Notes under the pieces: model-generated | The model's input: only the letters and a program-made list of their open reading frames with translations | Database searches by the model: none | What the model was told of the DNA's origin: nothing | Source of the DNA: a virus | IMG/VR virus record: IMGVR_UViG_3300032282_004053 | Coordinates: 3,987 to 67,986 of that record | Strand: one strand, 5' to 3' | Length of the DNA: 64,000 bases | Made by a program: the position numbers and the translations under genes | Shown here: piece after piece, positions 28,656-36,277 of the stretch | Layout of the letters: the number at the start of each line of letters is the position of its first letter | Position numbering within the stretch: position 1 is the stretch's first letter

Positions 28656-28819
28656 ATGAAATATCCTTTGTTAAGAGCCGTAAGTTTAACAGGCTATCTT
28701 ATATTTAGCTAGCCCTGATTTGCCCAAAATAATAGTATATAAGAAAGCCCACCGAAATTATTAGGCTACTAATGCGTACTTTTTCTCACGCATTGATAAA
28801 TAATAGAAAGGAGAGATAT

Positions 28820-29308
28820 ATGGGTTTCATTTATATTTGGAGAGATAAGGTCCGAAATATGTATTATGTTGGATCACACGAAGGTAGCCCTGATGATGGA
28901 TATATTTCATCATCACATTGGTTAACAGGTGAAGTACGACATAGACCACAGGATTTCAAAAGACGCATAATCAAAATGATTGATATCGTTGACATGAAGA
29001 CCGAAGAATATCGTTTACTAAACATGATTAAAGAGCAGGAGTTTGGTAAGAAATATTACAATCTAAAACACGGCAAGCCCAGAGGATCAGCACCATGGAA
29101 TAAAGGCAAAGTTAATATATACTCTGACGAAACGCTATCTAAAATGTCGGCTGCAAGAGTGGGGAAACCAACAACTAAAGGTAAGTCAAATCCACAGGCT
29201 ATTATTAATGGAAAAAAAGGAGCAAGTAAGTTGTCATCTACTGTTACCGGCAGAAGAAAGAAAGTATTACCTGACGGATCATGGACTTGGGAATATCCAA
29301 ACAAATAG
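28820..29308 (+). mobile_element. Free-standing GIY-YIG homing endonuclease (Seg-like) with NUMOD3-type motif
   Basis: Start MGFIYIW at 28820 after AGGAG and TAAATA; FIY...YYVGSH, Y.SSS, E...YYN and SDETLSKMS. Confidence 0.8.
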
Positions 29309-29325
29309 GAGCCGAAGCTCCTATT
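29304..29325. terminator. Hairpin terminator between the convergent endonuclease and tmRNA genes
   Basis: AATAGGAGC-(TTCG on minus)-GCTCCTATT, 9-bp stem. Confidence 0.75.
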
Positions 29326-29689
29326 GTGGTTTTTTATTTAATACAGTAAGTCCTACTGCACCTTAACCTCACGCGGCTAAAGAATAAACGCTATCGTTTG
29401 CATTTATAGTTTTTGCTTGATTTACAGTCATCGCCTACTGTGTTGCCTCTTTCGCTATCTCACCATGTCGAAACCGGTCAGGCCCATTAGGGAGTATATT
29501 ATTTTGGCTCCTGCCGTTAGGCTATCAACACACAAGTTCCGCCCTCATCATAATCTATGATTAGTTTGGGCTTCAGATTACATCATAATATACTCTCTGG
29601 TGGACCCGGGGGGAATCGAACCCCCGTCCACGATGCCTTCACTACGAAGGATTTATCTCTTTCGAGAACTACAACAATTCTTTATTACA
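29326..29689 (-). ncRNA. ssrA: Circularly permuted (two-piece) tmRNA
   Basis: The acceptor piece ends ...GGACGGGGGTTCGATTCCCCCCGGGTCCACCA at 29598. The coding piece starts GGGCCTGACCGGTTTCGAC at 29485. The acceptor stem GGGCCUG/CGGGUCC contains G3.U70. Tag ANDSVYSLAA-stop at 29401-29369. Outer ends approximate. Confidence 0.92.
29369..29401 (-). other. tmRNA proteolysis tag reading frame (A)ANDSVYSLAA
   Basis: ATAAAT then GCA AAC GAT AGC GTT TAT TCT TTA GCC GCG TGA. Confidence 0.92.
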
Positions 29690-29695
29690 GTGTCT

Positions 29696-29724
29696 ATTAT
29701 ATATTTATATAGCCACAGTGTCAA
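29696..29724 (-). promoter_or_regulatory. Nested sigma70 and T4-type late promoter for the tmRNA gene
   Basis: TTGACA-CTGTGGCTATATAAATA-TATAAT; the spacer contains TATAAATA. Confidence 0.85.
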
Positions 29725-30136
29725 CTATTTTGGCTTGGTCAGAATCTAATATCACGTAACTAGTATGCCCTTTATCTTCATGCCGATTTTTATATGCTAT
29801 CCCATCATACCCTTTTGATTTTAGAAGTTTGATTAATTGGGCAGCTTTGCTATCGTCACTATTATCACCCATACTTACACTTAGCATTTCATCTTGTGAT
29901 AATATCTTGGCGCGCTTCAAAGCAAACGCAAATATTGTGGGACAATGCACTCCGGCAAAGTCTTTTATAATAGCCGGATTGTTAATATCTAGTTCTACCT
30001 TATAAATTTTACCGTTGATTTTCTTGTAAGCTAATCTATCGTTTGCCGCTTTTAAACTGCCAAAATGGGTTAGAGAACGAAACTTTGCAATGTCATAGTT
30101 AGTCCCGTGATAGGCGGTGATTTCTGTTATAAGCAT
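29705..30136 (-). CDS. ADP-ribosyltransferase-like protein (ART-PolyVal-like), possibly virion-packaged
   Basis: YHGT...F...HFG, Y.V.L.I.NP and GYDGI.Y.N..E....SYV motifs; N-terminal MLITEI. Confidence 0.55.
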   Translation of the reverse strand: MLITEITAYHGTNYDIAKFRSLTHFGSLKAANDRLAYKKINGKIYKVELDINNPAIIKDFAGVHCPTIFAFALKRAKILSQDEMLSVSMGDNSDDSKAAQLIKLLKSKGYDGIAYKNRHEDKGHTSYVILDSDQAKIVDTVAI

Positions 30137-30141
30137 ACATG

Positions 30142-30173
30142 TATTTAGTCAGCCACTGTGTCAATTATTTTGG
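30142..30173 (-). repeat. Second copy of a 32-bp promoter repeat (first copy at 29702-29733)
   Basis: CCAAAATAATTGACACAGTGGCTGACTAAATA versus CCAAAATAGTTGACACTGTGGCTATATAAATA, 27/32 identical. Confidence 0.8.
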
Positions 30174-30182
30174 GTTCAATTG

Positions 30183-31010
30183 CTAGTTTAGCATAGGATG
30201 CGTTTTGGGTAGAAGTAGCAAGTCTATTGCAGTAAAGGTATCTTTTATCGTAGCAGTTTCAATAAGCAGATCATTTATAGTTAGCATCTTACAACAATCA
30301 TCTATGGTTTTTTCTTCAGAATCTGAAAATATCTTGAATGGGATATATTCTACTAGATCAATAAATGCAAAGATTTCAAAGGGTGAGAATTTAGCACTAT
30401 ACATGTGAGCCGGAGAATACTCAATAATGATAGGTGGTTTTTTAATCTTGAATAATTCACTACATCCGGCTAATGCAGCAGATTCACATCCTTGAATATC
30501 CATCTTTATTAAGTCTATCTTTAGGAAATCATCCGAACTAATAACAGTATCAATACGTCGAGCCGGTATAGTTATCCGCTGTTGTTCACTTTTTATATAT
30601 GATCGTAGATGTGTAGATTCTGCAATACTATGATCCCCAAAATTATCCGGATGTAAATAAAAATCTATTAACTGTTCCTTATCTAACACCGCACATTCAG
30701 ACAATTCAACATTGGTGAGATTATTAAGCAATATATTTTGTTTAAATATCTCAACATTGTTTGGTTCAGGTTCAAATGAAAATACTTTCCCGCTATTTCC
30801 TACAAGTAATGATGCTATGATAGAATGCCACCCAATATTAGAACCAACATCTACAAAATAGCTTCCAGGTTTAAGAAATTCATTAAACAAGAGTAAATCA
30901 TTACGACTATGATATCCGTTAGTCCTAAGTTGATTAGATAACACTTCATTTGAATGCGTATACATTTTAAAATTACAGCCGGCTGCTGATAACTCAATTG
31001 GATCAACCAT
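30183..31010 (-). CDS. FkbM-family methyltransferase
   Basis: FVDVGSNIG, VFSFEP, IDLIKMDIQGCE. Confidence 0.9.
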   Translation of the reverse strand: MVDPIELSAAGCNFKMYTHSNEVLSNQLRTNGYHSRNDLLLFNEFLKPGSYFVDVGSNIGWHSIIASLLVGNSGKVFSFEPEPNNVEIFKQNILLNNLTNVELSECAVLDKEQLIDFYLHPDNFGDHSIAESTHLRSYIKSEQQRITIPARRIDTVISSDDFLKIDLIKMDIQGCESAALAGCSELFKIKKPPIIIEYSPAHMYSAKFSPFEIFAFIDLVEYIPFKIFSDSEEKTIDDCCKMLTINDLLIETATIKDTFTAIDLLLLPKTHPMLN

Positions 31011-31018
31011 AATAGTCC

Positions 31019-31189
31019 TTAATAAAAATGTAGAGTTAGTGCAAGAATAATAACTATTACAATTAGAAAAACCTGAGATCCTGTTAATTTACCTATTGCC
31101 TTTAGTATCGAAAAAATCATTGATATTAGCAAGAATAGAGGAAAAAACACTAGTGTAGCTGCAAGTAGGGTAATAATCTCTTTTAGCAT
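31019..31189 (-). CDS. 56-aa two-TM membrane protein (not in ORF track)
   Basis: MLKEIITLLAATLVFFPLFLLISMIFSILKAIGKLTGSQVFLIVIVIILALTLHFY; fills the intergenic gap. Confidence 0.6.
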   Translation of the reverse strand: MLKEIITLLAATLVFFPLFLLISMIFSILKAIGKLTGSQVFLIVIVIILALTLHFY

Positions 31190-31192
31190 AAT

Positions 31193-31456
31193 TTAGGAAC
31201 ACTTACTTGAATATTCTTCATACCATTCATTCATCGTGTCAATGTACAATTTCCTAGTTTTAGCTAAGAGATCCCATCGATTTACTTTTATTGGAAGATC
31301 AGATTGATCGATCAATATAACCATAAATTCTTCAGTATATGAATTTAGATTTTGTATTAATATAGGACCTGCTTTCCATAACCCGCCACCAAAGGTAAAC
31401 AACAGTTTAGCTTCATATTTTTCTTTAAGAACACTTGCAGTAGTTTGATTGACCAT
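31193..31456 (-). CDS. Phage hypothetical protein
   Basis: 87 aa, with TAAATA and AGGAG upstream. Confidence 0.7.
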   Translation of the reverse strand: MVNQTTASVLKEKYEAKLLFTFGGGLWKAGPILIQNLNSYTEEFMVILIDQSDLPIKVNRWDLLAKTRKLYIDTMNEWYEEYSSKCS

Positions 31457-31509
31457 ACTTACTCCTACAAGTATTTAGAGAATAGTTGACACTATGAGTT
31501 ATTTTTATA

Positions 31510-34485
31510 TTATGCCGTTACTGTATTAGTACTAACAACCGGGCCGTCTCCCTGAGCATTTGACGCATATATACCAAACTGATAAGTAACACCGCTTGAG
31601 AAACCACTAAAGGTTACTGAAGTTGTTGTGAAAGATACTGTTTGCTGCCAACGACCGACGGTACCTCCTAATTTATTATATACAGTGACTGACAATATTG
31701 GAGTCCCGCCATTATCCACCGGAAGACCCCAATATATTGAAATAGAACCACCGGGATTCCTAAAGGCAACCGGTTGCGGCTTATTTGGCGGGGCAATAAC
31801 ACCGCTTGGTCTATCATATGTTATCGTCCCTGCATTATTGTTTGTTGTACTTGCACCCTGACTATTCCAAGCTTGAATACCAAACAAATACCTAACTCCT
31901 CTAGTTAACCCAGGAAAATAAGCGGTAGTTACTGGTATAGGGTTCATATAGCCATCGTAGCTCGCATTAATCTCCATGACCATATTACCTGGGGTGGTTG
32001 TTATTGTCCATTTATCAAGAAATAAACCTCCGGTGTCGATTGGGTTAGTCCAAGTAATACGTGCGGTTAATGCTTGCAGCGGCGCCGCTGAGGCGCCGGG
32101 CGCTGTAACAGGTTGAGGTTTCCAAATTGGGGCAATATTATTTGAATACACAGACCACGGACTCTCATCATTTGTTCTAGTTTTAACCCTTACTCTAAAT
32201 TTATATATTGTGCCATTGGTCAATCCAGGAATAACTATTGTATTCGTCTTTGATGTTACTTGATACGGCGCAGAAATCCCTGGTATAGTCGGCACACCTT
32301 CTACAATATATTGATTAATTTTTGGCCCATTATATACCGGTGGTGTTACCGTTACTATTAGCTGTTTAAAGCCAACTTGCGGAACAGCGTCATAAATTCT
32401 GATTTGTGTAGCTACTATACCAGTTGGTGCAGTAGGTGGGCCTGGCATTGGTCTAATTAATCCATATACATTAATATTAGCAGGTATAGTGGGGGTAGCA
32501 GTTCCCCAATGTATAACGTTTGGTGGGGAGATAATATATTCTCGACCTTCAAATGCATATCCTACCGGGCCGCCTAAACCACCCGCACCTGATGCCAGCC
32601 CGCCGTAGCCCGCTATTCCATCGCCGCCAGGCTCATTCACTGCTGGCCACAACAATGATGGCTGCCGGCCACCATAACCACCATTTCCGCCGCCGCCCCA
32701 ACTAATATGACCTTCTCCGGGAACGCCTACGCCGGCCAACCCATCCATTAAATTTCTACTACCGTTACCGCCGTTACCTCCTGATTGATAACTTCCGTAC
32801 TGGTTACTAGTATAACCGCCTCGACCCCCCGGGCCGTAAAAAAATCCTCCCCCGCCACCGCCACCAGAGCCATAATCAGCTACTCCGTAATTTGCACCGC
32901 CTCCTCCTCCTCCACCGCCACCGGCACCTCCCCACAAAGTTCCTTTTTGTAAATCAAAATAACATGGATAGGTTAGTTCTATTGCGGTGCCGCCCATGCC
33001 GCCGGCGCCGCCGGGACTTGCCCACGGTTGACCTTGACTGCCACTACCACCGCCCCCGCCGGCACCACCGCATGCTTGAAAGGTCGCACTAACAAATGAA
33101 AGATGAATAATACTATCCTCAGGAAAATCTACCCCCGTTGTAAATGCCGGGACCATAGGATTATTACTAATAAATGATGAACCTTCGGCAAAGTACAGTT
33201 CTACATACGGAATATCCCTTTCATTCCAACCAGCATTTTTTATATAGTTGTATACATTAAAGTTAGTCCATTCTTGAGTAGTAACAAATTTATTTACTGT
33301 AAAGGTCCCGTCAGTAGGCGGGGGCAAAGGAGGAGGAGGAGGAGGTGCATAAGCAGAGCCACTTACACTAACCGTCCCGTAAGTCGGTGGAGTATACGGA
33401 TAGCTGCCGGCGCCCCCGTTAGCTTTAGTTAAGAAATATTCGTTAAATCCTCCTCCTACAGTAGCAGGATGTAATATTTCCACCGTTACGGCAGATAGGG
33501 GAACAACAAAAGTACCATCCGGTATAGCATCCCACGTAACAATAAGAGTGATTACGGTGCCATTATCCTTATTAGCTACAATTTGGGGACCGTTTGTTCT
33601 CCCCTTTACACTAATAGTTGACCCTTGACTGGATGACCAGCCTGCCAGCTCAGTATAAATATCCTCTGCAGGCGTAGTTTTTGTAGCCGATGTTTTTGCT
33701 GAAGGAAGAGCATAATACCCCTGATTAGAACTGCTTGCGCCACCACCTGTGTATCGAATAGTAAGTGGACTATAACTATAATCCCCAATTGTTCCACCAC
33801 TACCGGCAATATACACGCCGTCAATTGCCCTACATAATGCATTCAATGAAAAGTTAACACTTCCGGGAACACCATCAGTTGGGTGAGAGAAGGAAAGTTT
33901 TATTAGTCCGCCTTGATTAAAAAACCATCTAGCTTTATCTCCGCTAGCAAAATTAATAGTAATAGTAAACTTACATGCGGTTATGTATGCGCCGCTATAC
34001 GGAAATCTATAAGAGTCAGTTTTTGCCGGCGATGCTCCGGTAATTGGACGAATTGCATTATTTCTATTATTGAATAATGTGGTTATGTTACCGACTACAG
34101 TATCGGAGTCGTTATATTTTATTAATGAGAATCTATTTACCGGATTAGGGACAAGCGAAGTTGCCGGTGAAGGATTGTCAGGTGTTCCGGAAAGCAAACT
34201 TATTGATCCTTGATGCATCGCTGCATAAAATATAGTTCGTTGAAGAGCAAACCACTCTACCGCAGTTATGGGTGCGCCAGTTGCTACTTTAATATCTTTT
34301 CCGGATCCGTTACCTAAGGGAGAATATAAACCGGGCATACCGTACCCTGCATCACCTTGTCCTACACCCCAAAATGACATGAATGTTTTAAATGCCGGAA
34401 ATACCCACGGAGAAGAAGGATCATCCCCGATAACTTCCTTATTTAAACTATCTTTCTCTATTAACCCGTCGCTTGAATATGTCAT
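31510..34485 (-). CDS. Tail adhesin paralog 4: shared N-terminal domain, gp38-like glycine-rich domain and three fibronectin type III domains
   Basis: ASGDKARWFFNQGG...FSHP, poly-Pro linker, poly-Gly tracts, GLTNG..YKFRV, GLTRGVRY.F.I.A.N.QG, GVTYQF.I.A.N.QG. Confidence 0.75.
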   Translation of the reverse strand: MTYSSDGLIEKDSLNKEVIGDDPSSPWVFPAFKTFMSFWGVGQGDAGYGMPGLYSPLGNGSGKDIKVATGAPITAVEWFALQRTIFYAAMHQGSISLLSGTPDNPSPATSLVPNPVNRFSLIKYNDSDTVVGNITTLFNNRNNAIRPITGASPAKTDSYRFPYSGAYITACKFTITINFASGDKARWFFNQGGLIKLSFSHPTDGVPGSVNFSLNALCRAIDGVYIAGSGGTIGDYSYSPLTIRYTGGGASSSNQGYYALPSAKTSATKTTPAEDIYTELAGWSSSQGSTISVKGRTNGPQIVANKDNGTVITLIVTWDAIPDGTFVVPLSAVTVEILHPATVGGGFNEYFLTKANGGAGSYPYTPPTYGTVSVSGSAYAPPPPPPLPPPTDGTFTVNKFVTTQEWTNFNVYNYIKNAGWNERDIPYVELYFAEGSSFISNNPMVPAFTTGVDFPEDSIIHLSFVSATFQACGGAGGGGGSGSQGQPWASPGGAGGMGGTAIELTYPCYFDLQKGTLWGGAGGGGGGGGGANYGVADYGSGGGGGGGFFYGPGGRGGYTSNQYGSYQSGGNGGNGSRNLMDGLAGVGVPGEGHISWGGGGNGGYGGRQPSLLWPAVNEPGGDGIAGYGGLASGAGGLGGPVGYAFEGREYIISPPNVIHWGTATPTIPANINVYGLIRPMPGPPTAPTGIVATQIRIYDAVPQVGFKQLIVTVTPPVYNGPKINQYIVEGVPTIPGISAPYQVTSKTNTIVIPGLTNGTIYKFRVRVKTRTNDESPWSVYSNNIAPIWKPQPVTAPGASAAPLQALTARITWTNPIDTGGLFLDKWTITTTPGNMVMEINASYDGYMNPIPVTTAYFPGLTRGVRYLFGIQAWNSQGASTTNNNAGTITYDRPSGVIAPPNKPQPVAFRNPGGSISIYWGLPVDNGGTPILSVTVYNKLGGTVGRWQQTVSFTTTSVTFSGFSSGVTYQFGIYASNAQGDGPVVSTNTVTA

Positions 34486-34494
34486 ATTCGTTCT

Positions 34495-36234
34495 CTATAC
34501 CGTTGAACCTAAAATAGTACCTTGGAGATTAAATGTTACATTGGATACACCTACAATAGCAGATCCGGCTGCAGTACCTCCGTTGCCGGCAGCGTTACGC
34601 CAACCGTCACTTCCGCCAGCGCCATTTTCGCCGGGAAATCCTATACTACCGCCGCTACCGCCCGCACCTGCACCTCTACCACCAAGACCCCCAGAGCCGG
34701 GTGTAGATATAGACGCGTCATTTCCGGTGACCCCTGAAACAGCATAACCGTATGATGCTCTGCCGCCAGCGCCGCCGAGACCAAAAGGTGCGCCACCTCC
34801 GCCGCCACCTCCACCACCGGTCCCATTAAAATAATAAGCAGAACCTCCACCTCCACCTCCACCTCCTCCCCCGCCTCCAATTAACCCATTATTAACTATA
34901 GTGGTGCTATATTGAACTCTTAGGGCGGCACCGCCATCGGTGCCAACTGCTCCGGAATTAACATACGGGGTTGATTGATAGGCCGCGCCACCGGTTCCGC
35001 CGCTGCCACCGTGACCTGCGATTGTACCGTTATTAATTATCGTAAGCAAAGAAGTATCAGGAAATGAAGATCCTGTTTCAAACGCATATGTACTAGTACT
35101 TGAGGCAGATACTATTACTCCGGAATTAACAGTGATCTTAGCAATTAATGGTAATACTTGATCCCACCCATTAGCAATTGCCGCAGATAGTAAATTAAAA
35201 TCAGTAGTATTTTCTGATATAGTATAGTTAAAATTATATACTGTAGGCCAAATTGCGCCGCCATCAATAACTGATGTACCGGACACAACTGGGGCGCCCC
35301 AAACATTAGATAAACCGTATATAGTTGAAGGGGGTGTTACAGTTAAAGTAACTGCTGTTCCAGTTGACACTTTTAAGCCATTTGGTACTTGATCTACGTT
35401 TACTTTAATTGTAACAATTGATCCGTTATCATTGTTTGAACCTTGTGTGCCATTAGTTGAAGCATATACTGTTACGCCGGAGTCTAGATAACTAGCATAG
35501 ATTGGTGCACCGGGTGCAATTGCTGCTTTTTGATATATTAGCGTAGTATCTGATGTGGTTAACCCGTAATATCCACCGGTACTTGTTGTACTTACTGGTA
35601 CGCTACTTCCGCCTACTTTGGTAAATCCGGTATAGCCTGTTCCTGCAATTGTTGCAGTCTCACTTGACGGGGAACTTATGATACATGTTCCCATCGCTGT
35701 CATTAATCTGTTTATTAGAGCATCAATTCCTAAACCGTTTGGATGAGAGAATGTTAACGATAATTGGCCACCTGCATTGAAGAAATATCTAGCGGCATCA
35801 CCACTAGCAAATACTACACTGATAGTAAAATCAACCTTATCATACCAATTTTTGTCGCAAGTAATTGTAGTAGATACGGAAGGTCCCTGTGCAGCAGCAT
35901 TTAATTTGGTAGAATATATAGTTGAAATATTGGTTGCAGTAGCACTTTTGTATTGCACTACGTCTAAGTTAGACCTAGGCGGGGGATTAGCGGTTATTGC
36001 CGTATTTTGATGGTTGGCTGCTACATTAGTTACATATATCAGACTAGCCCATTCAGATGCTTTAACTCGTCTACCTACGGCTACACCTAATAACGGTACT
36101 TGACCGTAACCACTTTTTCCATTTCCTACTCCCCAAACAGAGTGAATAAGTCCTTGTGTAGAGGCATTTACTGGGCCTAATAAAATATCATTATAGTGAG
36201 TTGCTTGTATTTTTCCGTATTGTGCGTATGCCAT
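34495..36234 (-). CDS. Tail adhesin paralog 3 with gp38-like glycine-rich C-terminus
   Basis: ARYFFNAGGQL.LTFSHP, LTIINNG.IAG.GG.GG, NNGLIGGGGGGG. Confidence 0.8.
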   Translation of the reverse strand: MAYAQYGKIQATHYNDILLGPVNASTQGLIHSVWGVGNGKSGYGQVPLLGVAVGRRVKASEWASLIYVTNVAANHQNTAITANPPPRSNLDVVQYKSATATNISTIYSTKLNAAAQGPSVSTTITCDKNWYDKVDFTISVVFASGDAARYFFNAGGQLSLTFSHPNGLGIDALINRLMTAMGTCIISSPSSETATIAGTGYTGFTKVGGSSVPVSTTSTGGYYGLTTSDTTLIYQKAAIAPGAPIYASYLDSGVTVYASTNGTQGSNNDNGSIVTIKVNVDQVPNGLKVSTGTAVTLTVTPPSTIYGLSNVWGAPVVSGTSVIDGGAIWPTVYNFNYTISENTTDFNLLSAAIANGWDQVLPLIAKITVNSGVIVSASSTSTYAFETGSSFPDTSLLTIINNGTIAGHGGSGGTGGAAYQSTPYVNSGAVGTDGGAALRVQYSTTIVNNGLIGGGGGGGGGGGGSAYYFNGTGGGGGGGGGAPFGLGGAGGRASYGYAVSGVTGNDASISTPGSGGLGGRGAGAGGSGGSIGFPGENGAGGSDGWRNAAGNGGTAAGSAIVGVSNVTFNLQGTILGSTV

Positions 36235-36274
36235 AGTACACCTTTATTCTACATATATTTATAATTATTTGATG
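36227..36274. repeat. 48-bp promoter/RBS/start repeat, copy 1
   Basis: 47/48 identical to 38094-38141; contains TATAAATA, AAGG and ATGGCATA on the minus strand. Confidence 0.9.
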
Positions 36275-36277
36275 ATA

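Noticed and set aside
28771-28793. Hairpin AATGCGT...ACGCATT as a translational repressor of the endonuclease
   Set aside because: It lies upstream of the late box and does not sequester the RBS; function unsupported
29486-29597. Hammerhead or twister ribozyme in the intervening segment
   Set aside because: Partial resemblances (TGATGAG, TAA...CAGGAG) lack the complete catalytic cores and pseudoknot pairings
29598-29640. Stand-alone tRNA gene or attP-like tRNA 3' fragment
   Set aside because: No D-arm or anticodon arm upstream. Its acceptor partner lies downstream with a tag ORF, so it is the tmRNA acceptor piece. No integrase is in the window.
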